A stretch of 64,000 nucleotides of DNA from Trichosphaerium sp. ATCC 40318 (Eukaryota; Protista; Tubulinea), in assembly GCA_038496445.1 (NCBI GenBank), contig JALMLS010000421.1, forward strand, positions 124,001 through 188,000, given 5' to 3'. A program made the translations under genes and the position numbers. This document shows positions 12,641 through 27,100 of this stretch, one piece after another. Positions within the stretch are counted from its first letter, which is position 1. The number at the start of each line of letters is the position of its first letter. Below the pieces are notes generated by a model. It was given only the letters and a program-made list of their open reading frames with translations. It was not told the DNA's origin and ran no database searches.

Positions 12641-15600
12641 TTAGTTTCGCCCTGATCGCTCACGTCTCCTGTTCCTGCTCTTATTTCTATAGTACAAACC
12701 TATTTCTTTACCAGATAACCCCGCTGTTTCACTATTACTAGCAGCCCTTCTCATTTCGGCTTTTTTTCGTGCTTCTTCAACGATGTACTGCGATTCCTAA
12801 TTTTTTGAACAAAATTAGTTGAAAAGATTTTACCTTGTCTTTGGAACGTACACGTTCGTCATAGTCAAAAAGGAACCCCATTAATACATTAATATCATTT
12901 TCTTCTAGAACGCCTTTGCTACTTTGTACATTACACATTGAATCCACTGCCTTTCGGAGAGTAGAAATAAGTTCGAAGTGTTTTTTTGTCATTTGAAATG
13001 TTTGATTCTCTCCCGTCTGAATTATCAGTTTATCTTCGTTTGTAGATGTTAAAGTAAGTTCTTGGCCAAACAAAAGAAGAAGAGCTGAAGAAACAAGGGA
13101 AGTATCATGCAAAGAAACACCATTTGATCCCTTCAGAAAAACATTAAAAAAAACCAAGAAAAAAAAAGTAAAGAGACTTTACCTCGACCATGCTATGAAA
13201 GATAACCCAATTCTTCGGGAAGTTTCTCATTTTTGAGTTAACAGAAGAACTACTTGGTGATACTTGACTATCAGACTCAACATAACTCAAGTACGATCTC
13301 CCCCTAAATCATTATTATAAGGCTGAAAATTGAAAAAAAAACCAATTAAGGCTTACCTGTGATTCTTTTTAACTTGCGCTAGCTTTGGATATAATCCAGC
13401 GAATAAGGCCGCTTTTATAGCAGCAGTATTACCAGCGTTTCTGTTTTTATCAGGAGACTTGACATCATAGCCAAAATCTTGAAGAATATCTAAAAACTGC
13501 CATTGCATCCTAAAAAGAAAGAATAAATATCAACATTTCCCTTCTCTTTATGTGGATAAACTGCATCCAAAGTAACTAAAATCTTTAAAACAGCAAGTAT
13601 TTCACACTCTAATACGTGGACTTTTCACACAGAAGAGCTGGAATCGGAAAAAACTCGTTCAGAGATTTTACAACCCTTTTTTTTTGGATGCCTAAAACCT
13701 CAACATTACGTACTTTTCTAGCATTCTAAGTGTATTTGATTCCAAGAAACTATTATAACAGAAATCTCTTACTGAATTTGATCTCTTTGAGTCTGAGTAC
13801 ATGTTCATTATAAAAGAGTGCATAAGATGATCACTATTTGTATCCCTCGCCAAATGTTGTCTTGCGCTATCAACTTGTTTTTCCATACCTGCTACAAGCT
13901 GGAAAGGTGACCTGTGACCTAATCTAGCTACAATAGCAGTGATTGGCATAATACAACCAAACTTCATTCCGTAAAGCAACATTTTACCAAGCTGAGGATG
14001 AACTGGTAATGCGTTTAGTTTTTCTCCAAGAGGCGTTAAGTTTTCTTCCTTATCAAGCACACCAATGTTCTAAAAATACTAGATGTCAGAAGACACGTTT
14101 GATATTAAACCAGGTAATGAGTGTGTACCAAAAGTAGTGATACAGCTTTTTCTACAGCTTCCTCTGAAGGAGGCGAAACGGCTTCTGCTATAGTAGGAGC
14201 AATAGCTCCAAGTCCTGGTATACCCTTCACATGTAGACATACTTCTTCAACAGGCATACGTATCTGGAATAGGTTGTAAGGAGGTGTTCAAGTAATATAT
14301 TGCAAGTACCATTTCTGGATCCTTGAACTCAGCCATTTGTTCAAATTGCCATTTTGAAAACAAGTGATAGCACTACAAATCAGGTTAATAAGCTCAGCAC
14401 TTTAAGTGTATTTGAGTATTCTCGTTACCTTTCCTGGTTTAACACGACCTGCTCTACCTCTTCGCTGCTGTGCGTTCGCCTTAGATACAGGGACAGGAAG
14501 CAAAGAAGATATACCAGTCTCAACATCCTAGAATATGCAATTTAGCAAAAAAGGTAAAACCTTGTGTTTGAGAAACATACGTAGCCTGTCTCTTTGATTA
14601 CTCCTGTGTCAATAACATATACAACATCATTAATCGTAATAGAAGTCTCTGCAATATTTGTAGCAAGCACAATCTAAAGACAAGACATTAAGCGCGTATT
14701 AGCCAATACGTATAAGGTACCTTTCGTTTTCCTCTTGGGGGTGGCGAGAATATCATTTTCTGCTTTGACATTGCAACCATAGAATGAACCACATGTATAT
14801 CCCATGATCTAGAGTGTTTATGCTTTTCAAGGCCAACAGCTAAGTCAGAAATATTCTGCCAACCATCCAAAAACACCAACACAGCTCCTGTTCATTAGTT
14901 AGAAACTAAAACCACATGCATACTTGTAAATACCCTCTCCTTCAGTAGAGTGAATATGCTCTATTAAATTTACTATAAGAGGTACAGGGACCTTCGATTC
15001 TGCTCCTATTGACACCATATTCTCCATGACACTATAAGTTATTTTTTTATCGTTTTTGTAAAAACTACTGTATTCTCTTCTATACATGTCCAGTTTTAAC
15101 TTCTGCTCATCTTCATTACGTTCTTTAAAGAGTAGAGATTAGTATAAGATACAAGAAGATTAAAAAGTGAAGATACTTACTCTTTCCACGATATGATCTC
15201 TTTTTTCGTTTCTGTTTATCGTTTTCAGATGGTTCTTCCTTCCATCTTACACCTTTGCTCAGTACGTCCTCCAAGAAAAACTGCTCAACTGGAAATATAC
15301 GACCTTCTATATGTAACACAGATTCTGTATTAAAATAATCTAAACAGTATTGGTCACTTACGTAAAACACAAGTTCTCGGTAAAATCAAAAAAAAACTAG
15401 TATTTTCTTCGAGAAAAACAAGTACCCGCAAACACTTGAGGATTAATTGTAGCGCTCATAAGTACTATCTTCAAATCTGGTCTAGGACCACGAATAAGCT
15501 TTCTTAGCAATAAAAGACAAAAATCTGTCAAACAATCTCGTTCATGAACCTCATCAACAACGACATGTGTCACTCCTTAATAAAAAAAAACAAAATTAAA

Positions 15601-16613
15601 TAAATCTCATAACATTCTCAAAACAATTTTACCTGTAAGAGTGGGATCATTACGCATCCTTTGAATGAGTATACCTTGAGTAACAAATGATAGCCTAGTT
15701 TTAGGACCACCTGGATTGAGTGTAAATTAATAATTCGCCAGTGTCGGAAAAGACTTTCAAAAAGAACAAAAGATGTTGTCGTAAGTACATACCAACGTAA
15801 TCAAAGCGGATCTGGAACCCAGTAGATTCACCAAGCTTTTCACCACGCTCATGAGATACCCTTTCTGCTATCGAAACAGCTGATATACGCCTAGGCTAAA
15901 GAAAAACTCGTTGAGTTCAAAGAAGTAATAAAAAAGCCCTTACTTGTGTACAAATGATGTTACAATCCTCTTCACGCTGTAAACAGTCGTCTAGTACAAA
16001 TTGTGGAACTTGTGTCGTCTTACCACAACCAGTGTGACCTACAATAACGACTGCTGTGTTTTTACGTATTGAGTCAATAATATCATGGCGGTTTTGATAG
16101 GCTGGAAGCTGTTTACGAAATTCAAGAGTGTTTGCAACGCTAAATCGCTTTAGAAACGCTTATAACGATTTCATACGCGTAGAAAAGACGCACGTCCTAT
16201 TAGTTTCTGGATCAGGTATACTTGGAGGTGGCCCTGTTGGTTTATTCCATTTGGCACTGTTGGCTTCTTTTTTGGGCTCTTTAATCTTGTTGTCATGCGT
16301 ATTGAGAAATTTAGACAGATGCGTGGTAGTGTGCGATAGAATAGAGTCCTCAATATACGGACTGACATCTTCAATGCTGAATATAGTGTTAAACGCTCGT
16401 TAATGTAACATTGAACTCATACATTTCTTCTTCTCCATCAACATTTTTAATGCTCGGATAATCGTTTTCTCGCTTTCTGCGTACATTTCGACGCCATTGT
16501 GGTCTGAAACTGGTGCGGTACGAGCGTTTTGACCTCGCTACATATTAACGAGCGTAATAATACTCTGTGTACCCACAATTAGTTCTCCTAGGCCCTCTCA
16601 CGGCCTTGTACAT
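12641..16613 (-). CDS. DHX36: DEAH-box RNA/DNA helicase, DHX36 (RHAU/G4R1)-like (start approximate)
   Basis: [82 protein letters not shown]2 ([21 protein letters not shown]) and OB region. Last exon encodes [13 protein letters not shown], matching the DHX36-specific motif. Confidence 0.88.
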
Positions 16614-16706
16614 TTTTTGCAAAACTTGACTTAAATCTAACAAAAACACCCAACTTGATCCGATAGCTTCATAAACCTTGTCTGATACTACTTCTTGTTA
16701 GCACAA

Positions 16707-19700
16707 ATGGCACAAGAAGAAGGGTACACGCTTAGTTGACACGCGCACAAAGCTTACTTGTAGATTGAAGGGAAACTTTGCTACTAGATGATGATGGAGG
16801 TAATGACAGCGTTGAAGCACTTAATATAGAAATACCCGAGAAACAGAGCAAAAAAAATAAGTGCAAAAAGTGCGGGAGAACTCAAATAATAACGCCGGGG
16901 ACGCACTCTAACACGTTTAAAATAGCTGTTTAATATACTCATGGGAGTATTGTGCATTTTTCGGCTTGTTTCTTCATTTCTACTTTTGCATGATAGCTGT
17001 TGTGCTCTATATTATGATCGCAATTAGTTGGTACGTTTTTACCGCGTTTTTGATCCTTGTTAAATCGAGGTTACGAGCAAAACTTGTTATTTAACCTAAA
17101 GTCAAGGGTTCTCGACATCTACTACAGTCTCGTCGCCGAACAAGCAAATCAGACTGAAGTTTATGGGTTTTTCTTGATTGTAGCTATTGTTGGTGCTATT
17201 TACTTTGTAGTAGATATGCTGAAGGTACAAAGATAGATAGATATACCTAGAGAGAAAATCACGTGAACAAAAAGATCTTGTTTGATCCTTTTTTGATCAT
17301 CAACATGAATCACATCACTTGTTTTTGGACTGATTTCGTTTTGTTTATTTTTACTGAAACACTTACTAGGTTATGGTTATAAATGCTGGCCTTATTATGC
17401 TATCATTATGGAGACAGAGGAGCCATGTGTTTTACGAAAGCGCACCAAGTATGTTTGTTTTGTTGAACTATTTCCTCTAATAACGTCTAAGGAATGGTTC
17501 ACATGCTTGGATCATATTTTGTTGGATTCATTGTACTCCTCATATGCCTAGCTTTTGCAGGTCCGTCTCACGTCCATTACTACCTATTAGTTTGGTGTAA
17601 GGAGGCTGTTTTTTAAACTTTTTATTTTATAGGTTTTGCAACAAGATCAAGCCTTGCAGGATGGGTTATTATTGTTTGTACAGGCGTAGCTGAGATTCAT
17701 ATCTTCTTTGGAACCCTCTATCAAATATTCCATAATGTTAGACATAAGATAATGTTATTCAAAGACTACTACGATAATCACACTGGCTTGAGTGATGAAC
17801 AACGTGAAAAAGTCCACGTGCGTTTTTTTTTTTACTTGCACAAAATTTTAAGTTTTTTACTAGGCTGAACTAGCAAACAACTGTGGGTTTACACATACGA
17901 ATTTTACAAGTAAAGCAGTTTTGGCATCAATTATAACTATCGTTTGTGGTATTCTTGTATTTTCAGACATCGGAGAGAACTATGCAATGAGTACGTTTCT
18001 TGTTGTTTGATTTTTGTTATTTGGGTTTTTTTTTCAACGTTTAACTTTGTTCAAAGGAATATTTGGTTATATTGTCATGGTTACCTTAGTTTTAACATAT
18101 CTTGTAATGAGATATGTTGCTCTACATAAACTACAAGTCCGATACTTTATTATTGCATGGGCACTTTGGTGGGCAGTGTTCCTTATCATTACGATTGCTG
18201 CTTTTGTATTTATTGGTGCGTTTTCTTTTCTTATGTTTTTGAGTCTTTTAACAAGACACAACTAAATGAAAATGTACAATATAGGTCCTGGAGGAGCTAC
18301 AGCAGTCTGTCTCTCGTATTTTATTCTATCTGAAGCTGGCTTAAAGGTACATCTTTTAAGTCCTAAATTGTTTTTTGGAGATGTTTCCAAACGTGCCTCA
18401 TTAACAGTTTGTTTAAGCCGATAATATCTGCTCATGAAGACGAAGGTATCAGCGGTATATTCTACTGGTGCACTAAACCACCTACCTTTACACCACAAGG
18501 TACTTCATAGAGATAAAGAAACAGCACCTACTAACATTAGTAAAAGGTCCTAGGACGCCAAGAACAAAACTTCATCGTTCAAGAGTGTCTCAAGCGATTG
18601 CAGGAATTTGCTCTTGCTCTGCTATACTTCTTTTTGTAATTCTATTACTACTATTCCTCACATTCTTGGCCCCAGAGACAAGCGCTTGGGAGCCAGAAGT
18701 CTGCAAAGGTACAATTTAAAACAACTTATCTGTCACTTCCTTTACCTTCTGTGACGATTTCTTTTACCTTCTATGACGATTGTGGTAATCTGGAACTTAC
18801 TCGTTTAAGTGCATGAACCTATAGTACCAGCAACACAAGGAGACTATGCTCTGTGTGAATCAACATGGCATAACTTGACTCTTCTTGATTATGCTTGGCT
18901 GAGCGCTATTTCTTACTTGGATGGTGATGCAATACAGAACGCAACAGACTTGGTATTAGATGAAGGATGGAACCATACACATACTTATAGTCAACCTTAC
19001 TCTGTTACTTTCCATGAGATTGTTTGGGAGAATGCACATGGAGTACGCCAAGTTTACATGATTTTTTAATTGCGTCCATTTTCCTCTTTTTGAACCAAAA
19101 AAGTCTGAAGTCTTATCAAGTTTTGACGAGTTTGTTTCTTTCTAGGAAGCTCCTCTAGCTATTTATTTGGTAAGAGGAACATACGATCTACATGATTGGG
19201 CACAGAACGCCGATATTTGGTCACAGATTACTATGTTCCAAGCGTTTTCATACTTTGGCTTATTCACATCGTACCTTAACCTCAAAATATCTTTGTGTTG
19301 TTTGTAATACTCTTTTAAGGTTTTGGCCTGATTATTCAGTGAGCGCGTATATTAAGGTTGCTTCTTCTTTTGAAGCGTTATCTCCAAGAGGGTAAAGTTT
19401 ACAGTTAAAGAACAAAGGATTCTTGGTTTTCTTTTTTTTTCTTTCTTTTTTTTTGTTTTTGTTGCTCTTTTACTCATTGATGCCTTTTAGCTACGGTTAT
19501 TATTATACACCACTGGTAGAACGTATTGAAGAGTATCAAAAGAATCATCCAAATGCAACGATAGTTGTCACTGGGCATTCATTAGGCGGTGGTTTGGCTA
19601 AAATAGCTGCCGCTGCTTTAAAAATCCAATCCATCTCATTTTCTTCACCTGGTATTTATCATACACGTGCCAAATTGGCGTATGATATAAGTGTAGAAGA

Positions 19701-20123
19701 TATTACTACACATACAACTACAGTTATGGCTCGACATGATATAGTACCTTTGGTATGAATCAACGACTTCAAAGTGGTTTTTTTTTACGCTGTAAATTGT
19801 TTCACTAGAACAAATCATTTTCGTCTGTTTCTTTGCTTCCTTCAATTCTTGTGACATTAACCTTCTTGTATTATAGATTGATAAACAGATGGGAGCTATT
19901 CAATGGCTTACTTGTACTCGAGGAAGTGATTGTCACGGTATTACAAACACTGCCTGTACGTCATATCTTTTATGGTTGTGTTTGGATTTGCCCTAAGATG
20001 TTTGATCTAGGTAATTTGTTGTATGTTTGTGGAGACGAAAAAGGGCGTTACATACATGATATTGGTGACTGTGAAAAGGTTCTTAAAGGTAGAAGCTACA
20101 ATGGTACATGTGTAAAGCTGTGA
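16707..20123 (+). CDS. Multi-pass membrane protein with C-terminal class-3 lipase (alpha/beta hydrolase) domain
   Basis: Hydrophobic N-terminal exons; LLDYAWLSAISY; VRGT; nucleophile elbow VTGHSLGGGLA; SFSSPG; HDIVP. Confidence 0.85.
18741..18781. repeat. Short ~22-bp tandem duplication inside a lipase intron
   Basis: tttaccttctgtgacgattt followed by tttaccttctatgacgatt. Confidence 0.6.
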
Positions 20124-20403
20124 TATAACAAATGAAAAAAAATTTCGAAACAAACAAAAGAGTTGACAAATTGCGTTGATCAAGTAGGCCCATGTTACCT
20201 ATATTTTTTAGTATCAAAATAGATAGATTTTTTGTGACACTGGGTGTAACTACTAGTAGTCATATGTATTACTTATGCACCACTTGAGGAAAGCGTTACT
20301 CTTAGAATAGAATTCACTAGCCTTTTTTTATGATATTCGAATGGAAGATTCTAACATAAGGTTTATTTATTGTCTTCTAACAAACTGTACGATGATGACT
20401 ACT

Positions 20404-21244
20404 TCATTCATCTGATTCATCAGAGATACCATCGTCAGAGTCATCATCTCCACTATTATGAGTGTCAACAACACGTTGATATCCTTCTTGTAATTGTGGA
20501 TCATCGAATTTTTGAAGAGAGGCTCCAGTGAGACTTGTTTTGTTCTTTCCAGCAAGTTTGACAAAGTCTCTTAGCATCTTACCAAATGTTACAATGTTCT
20601 TGCGTCCAACAGAGAAGCACAAGATGACTTTGCTCATTTTTTTATCAACAGGTACCAATCGAACCTAAAAAAGTGTCAACAAGATCTGTGTACAAAGGGA
20701 AACGTGTTTAGCAAGTGTTGTAAGTAGGTACCATATCTTTTTGAGTTGGACCTGCTGCCTTCTTTTGACCCATAGTGTATTGGTTCTTGCCATTGAGAAT
20801 GAGGGTGATACAATGAGTTGGATAACCAATTGGTCCTAATCCAAATCAGCAAACTGTTTTTGTTGCTTGTTTTTGTAGTATGCCAGCGTACCTCTTTTAC
20901 CACTGTAGACGATCAAATAGCATGTTTTTGGACTTCCATTTGGTTTGTTTTCAATAAGGAGATGCATGTAGCTGACTTTGTAACTGGCTTGAACCATGGA
21001 CATACCCATTTTGTATTTGAACTCATGGAATGGCCAAAAACCGATGGCTTGGTACTCTACTTTTCCTTTCATGGCTTTTGTCAATTTTTCAATTGTTGGT
21101 ACAACATCACGGATTGTATCTTCATTATAATATAACTGTTGGCTTGTCTACTAGGACATTTAATAAACGAGTTATATGAGATGAAGCTGGCAAAACTATT
21201 TTCCCGAATGGAACTAAATTAAATAAACCACGTACTTTACTCAT
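20404..21244 (-). CDS. Uncharacterised protein with short acidic tail, copy B2
   Basis: Near-identical exons and the same intron positions as 7186-8303; tail reduced to THNSGDDDSDDGISDESDE*. Confidence 0.8.
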
Positions 21245-22740
21245 TGTTTGCTATCTTTTGTTGTTGAGATACGTTAAATAGGTTTTCTGTGGATGGGTTC
21301 TTGATTGTGTGTATCAGATTATGGTTTTTTAAGGTCATAAAAATAATCACGTGATGTTCACCAGAATAAAGAATAAATCACAATGTTTTCATGAACGAAA
21401 ACTACAGCACGTTATGAGTATTGCCGGGGTGGTAAATTATAATCCCCTTATACTAGTACAAGATAAATTACTATTACATTATATTGTACCATATCAAGCT
21501 CACTATTCCTCTCAAGCAAGGGAAAACTAATTTGCCGCTAGTTTTTCCCTTTGAAAATAGTTTTACCAGCGCCTTATCCACTTTTGTACGTCGAACTGGT
21601 TTGTTACCATGTGCAGAAGTATTTTTAAGTTGTGTGCATACCAATGACCCTTTGAGTGAGGGATGATACGAGATGTTTTGATGAAAACGAATCGAACGTT
21701 GCTACCTATATGCTGACAGCATTCATACCGTGTTTGCCGGTAATGCGATTATCAGGTACGCACTATGCAATATCCTTGGCTACTATAAGCTTGTCTCGGT
21801 TCATGACATGGCTGACGCACTAACCATCGGTTGTGAGCGAGAGGCAAAAAAGCGGAAAACGGCGGATTTTACCTTAAATAACGCTGTTTTGTGGTAGCGC
21901 TAAGCCAGATTTTTCGAGACGGTTTGTGAACATAGGTAGCCTTTTGCAACTCTGCAAGCTATACTATTAGTTTATCCTTATGGAGTACTTTACGTGAGCA
22001 TAAGTGCAGAAAGTCACGTGTGCTACAAATCGGGAGTGGCCTTTTAAGAAGTAGGCTTAGCGATAAAACAAAATAGCGCTATTTCAGGTCAAATCCGGCG
22101 CGAGTTTCTTTGTGAAAGCGCTCTTAATGACAGCAAAGTCGTAAAATATTTGGCCGCAAAGCGGAAACGTTTAAGTGGAAGTCGACATCTCGAAATAATT
22201 TTGTCAGAAGCAAGTTTATTTCTGTTATTTTTATTGGTATTAACACCATCACGTGACTAGCTTGTTTACATCTGTAGTAGTCTGAAATGTAAACGAATAG
22301 TTGATGTATACATTTCAACAGTTGCCATATTGTAAAGACGTAGCTACAAAGTTGAAACCAATTGTTAACTTTTTTTCTATTTTCTATCAAATACTGCAAT
22401 TTTTTGCGACGTGTAAGATTTTTTAAAGGTTACTTCAACGATTAACACGACGCTTACAACATAGTCAGTACCTTTGAAGACACCGTGTTGGCATAATACT
22501 ACCACATCAGGGATTAAAAATGAAGAAAATGTGTTTTTTCTGAAAGCCACAAACTTGTAGTGAACAAGTATTTGTGCTACACAAAAAAACGCCACAATGG
22601 AGAATAGCGTAACAGGCTTTATCAAAGCAGCAAGCCTTTATTGTGCACCTGTAAATTATTGGCGTTGATCTTGTATATTTAGGAAAGAAACTGTGTAGGT
22701 GACTTTTCGTCATAAATTTTGTCACTTTTTCTTACCCATA

Positions 22741-23547
22741 ATGAGAATACAACTCCTCTTCGTCCTCATTGCTTGTGTGACGTTTACCGCATGTTCAGCG
22801 CTACCACCTCTTAGAGTACCAACTAAACATACTTTCGAAAGTCCTTATGGCTGTGGCGGAGCCTCTTATGACAAATCTGGCCTGTATATTGATCCAACGT
22901 TTTATCAGGTATGTTTGGGGCTGACGCTTACTTTTACTTCCATTTACATCTTCGAAGCCGTCCATGCTCTTTTACAACGCATGTGGTGATAAATCTGCTG
23001 GAGTTACGTTTAACTTATCTGGCGATGATATGTCTCGTTTCTGGTACGTTTTCCGACTGAGAAAAACGACAAGTTTTAATTATCACGTGATACCAACAGT
23101 TTTTTTTTTTTACACGTTTTTTCTAGTGACATGGGAAAAGTATCTTTGTTTGAAGTGTCTGCGCAAAACACAACTGACCCTCGATTGGCTAACTGTAATA
23201 CATGGTTTGATTTAACTGTAGGCCATACATACACTGTACTTTTGAGTAGACATAATTTGAGGTAAAACACAGCTAAAACGCATTCTATCACTAACTATGT
23301 TAGAACACTTTTTGCTTTCACTGTTGATGCTGCCGGACCATTACCTATCACACAAACATCTACACTTGACATCACTTATGGTAAACAAGCAATAAATATG
23401 GCGTACACGCAGAAAACCTAACATTTCTTTTCTATTGTAGGCGTACTCATGAACCAAAACATAGCTATTGAAGGTGAATCACCAAATTTCAATTGGCAAA
23501 AGCCAATTGGTGAATTAGACAACACTGTTGTTATAACGCCTAAATAA
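22741..23547 (+). CDS. Secreted hypothetical protein (multi-exon)
   Basis: Signal peptide MRIQLLFVLIACVTFTACSA; exons join via GT-AG introns and end IGELDNTVVITPK*. No family recognised. Confidence 0.65.
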
Positions 23548-24192
23548 ACAAACACATGTTCAGTGCATAGCCATTAATCTTCTGTTACCTCTATGCTATT
23601 GACAAGGTCACCTTGTTTGCTTACAGCATTGGTTTTATTTTATGTCAGCCTTGTAGTTTGCACGTGATATTCGAGTCCTGCAAGAGTTCTTTTATAGTAA
23701 AAACCAAGAAGCTCAGGATACCTTTACCTAACTAGGTTTCACCCTTGTCCTCTAAAGCACCAGTGGCCATGGAAGTTTACAGTCGACAATCTTAGCAAAG
23801 CGTTCCTTATTGATTGGAGTTCAAATAAAAAACCAACCTGCCATATAAATGTTACAACTGTTTTATACTTTGCAAACAAGAAAATCTGTTGATTGATAGT
23901 TATGTTAATGTAAATCTCTTGTGGTTAGCATTTGTTAAACCAACATCCAACAATGCAAGCCCGGTAGATTAAGATGATGAATGTTCGCTATGCTTTACTA
24001 ATGTGTAACTGAAATGTAAGGCCTCTGAGTAATGCTACCCAGGCTATTACAGACAAAGGGTATCTGGTGTTCGTACAATTTAGGTTTCTTATTTTTTCCT
24101 GTGACATCAATTACAAGAAGAATTCATTCAAGATTCTTACTTTATTATTATAATAAGATAGAGTTAGGTCATTTCAAATATTCAGATACTTA

Positions 24193-27100
24193 TTAGACAC
24201 ATGATCCTGGGTTTAATCCACACCATTCTGGTTGTACGGGTGTTGCTTTAATACCTACAAAATGTGAGGATTAACACTTTGAAGAAAAAAAAAATCAGAT
24301 TCTTGTACCTCTTCTTACGAGGAGTTCACGATGTTGTATTATTCTTGGTAATGCTTCTGATTCGTTCAAAACACTTAAAGGACTCCACAGTCTTTCACCC
24401 AAGGCACTAGCACGTGGCCAAAGCTATATTAAAATAAGCAAATGAATCAAAAAAAACCAAGTACTTTTTGGTCAATATTGGAGTCGTCAGTGATTTCTGA
24501 CCATACACAAGCTTCAGCACCTATAACAAGCGAAGCTTCATCTGGAGCTATTTAAAAGAGTAAATATGGAACATTTCTGGTATAGTTTGTGCACGTGGAA
24601 CTCAACAAAAGAAGTCATAAAAAAAAACCTGAACGTACTTAGACCTGCTGTTGGTTCGTGGTTGTAGATAAGGTTCCAAGTTTTGTAAGGATCACACCAA
24701 CTCTACAATATAACAAATTAAAAATAATCACGTGATATACTTTAGTTCAAAATCTCTTAAAGAAGTACCTTTCCACCATTTAACCAATTGCCAGTTCCAC
24801 AATCCAAGTACCTTTTTTGTAATGAGTTAAAGGAACTTATCAAACAATGTTAAGTTACTTACAATGAAGTATAATCGCTATCTATTACTCTAAACCCTTT
24901 ATTCACAATTGTTTTGATTTCTTCTTCGCTTAACCAAACCTAAAAACAAGACGTCAACTTAAGACGTTTTGTATTTTTTCTTCAAAAAAAGATACAACAA
25001 CTACTAAGCAAGCGTACTTGAATTATTGCGTCTGAAGGCATCTTCAAATCCCATTGTGTTATAACTTCTTGCCAGTGAAGTATAGTCTTGCCAGCAGTTT
25101 TTAGAGGTACATGTGCTTTATCTTCAAACATCTAACATAAAAGAGTTACTAACTAGCAGACGAAAACAGTTCTGTTTGCGTTACTTGCAACGGTAAACTA
25201 CAGATTATGTTTTTGCTGGTCACGTGGACGTACTTGTAACATTGGGTTTACTGTTGTTAGATCATGCGCCTTCATGTAGGCTGCAACACTTGCATCTGAA
25301 GTCCAGCATTCTGCATTAATCTCGTCACTTCCCAAATGGAAAAACGAGTCGTTAAACCTGGAGTTAGATTAGGTTTTCTTTTTGTTGGTTTTAGTGGTGC
25401 CTTGATGTCATCTCTGTGAGCACTTTCGAAACAATTTCATATGTTTGATTCTTAACCGGATTGAGCTGACCGCAAGGTGGCTATTCAAAGAACAAGTAAA
25501 TAAACTAAGAAACAAGCAGGACTTCAAAAATAAAGCAAAAGTTGTACCTCATTGCAATATTTTGACCATGGCGTCTTATACGCACATGTACCAATATCCG
25601 GATAAGCTTTAAATAACATGTTACAATAGCGTCTATAATTAGGTTATCTTAAGAAATACGTACCTACAGTCCAACTAGTAGTGTGACCTTGTAAAAAATG
25701 AGAAAAAATTGCAAAACCAAGCTTGCAATAACACGTGTTTGTGGACAGAGATTTCGAATCATGTTAAAATAATAAATATATAAAGTGGTTACGTACCAGG
25801 CATATCAAATTCTGGGATAACCCTTATACCTCTATCATCAGCGTATGCTAGAATGTCTTCGACATCTTGAGGTGTATATACTTTTCCTGGGTATGCTCCC
25901 TTTAAAACGCCTTTAAGTGCTGGTAATAGTAGAACGCAATACCTTTGCTGATAGTTCTGGAAGTACAGTACTAATGATAGGAAAACTCTAAATACAACAC
26001 TGAGAAACAAGAGGAGAACGTTGCTGAGGCCAAATCACAACTTTTTTTTGTTTTTCTCACCTGAGAATCAACCACGTGCCAATGAAAGGCGTTTAGTTTA
26101 CTAGCAGTCATAGCATCAAATGTTCTGAATAAAGTTTCTTTTGGCATGTAATGTCTTGATGTATCAACAAGAATACCACGATGATCAAAACGAGGTTTAT
26201 CCTAAACCCAAAACACATTAGAAAACGCTACCACAAAAAATCTGAAAAAAAAGAAAAAAGTTGCACCATGCAATCTTTGTGACTTTATTTTTCACATTTC
26301 TTGCGAAAATAAAAGACGTTCACGTTGTAAAACCTCAACCCTTTGTAATTTTGTCACGTGTTGTTACAAAGTTATCAGATCAGAATGTTCTGAGTTCAAA
26401 AAACCGAAAAAACCGCTTTGGATCCTCGTTTTAAGCTAAAACTTACCTCAATAACAATTGGCACATTATCTATCTGACAGCTATTCTTCGTTACTGAGTT
26501 TTCTACAAGCTGTGTAAAAGAATCTAATCCATGAAGAGCGCTATGTAAACAAAGTAAATGAATGTTACGTCACGTGATTTTTGCAAACTAAGACTTTGTA
26601 CCCAAAATCAGTAGTCGCTACTATTTTAGCTCCTGTAGCAGATACAGAGAGCTCATAAGACTCGTCAACACCATAGTCAAGTTTAACGTCCTGTTTCACT
26701 TGAACTTCTAATGTTGCTATACACGCTGAAGATGGTCTTTTCGCGCTTGCTGTAGAAGCATAAGAACAAGAAGAATACTCTCAACTGTAATTTGGAAACA
26801 AAAAAACTTTTCGTTAATCGCACTTTGACGGTTGTCACAGCGGTCGAGAAAGAAGTATATGTCATGAGGCAAAAAAAAAACTTTCAAACCGCTTTACGCA
26901 CCACAAGCATTTTCAATTAACTTTTCGTATCTCGTTTGCGCTCTTCCTAGTCTAGCAGAACGTAATCCAGATGCCTTCAATTAGTTTTAGCGTTATTTTT
27001 ATTCAATTCAGTCGTACAGTGATTTTAAACCCTGAGCATAGCGTTGTGACACTTTTTCCCTACATTGGGCGTTATTAAACGGCAAAAACCAAACTGATTT

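Noticed and set aside
21410-22080. Possible small spliced gene or remnant on the + strand
   Set aside because: Splice-like sites are present, but no consistent open frame or recognisable domain could be assembled.
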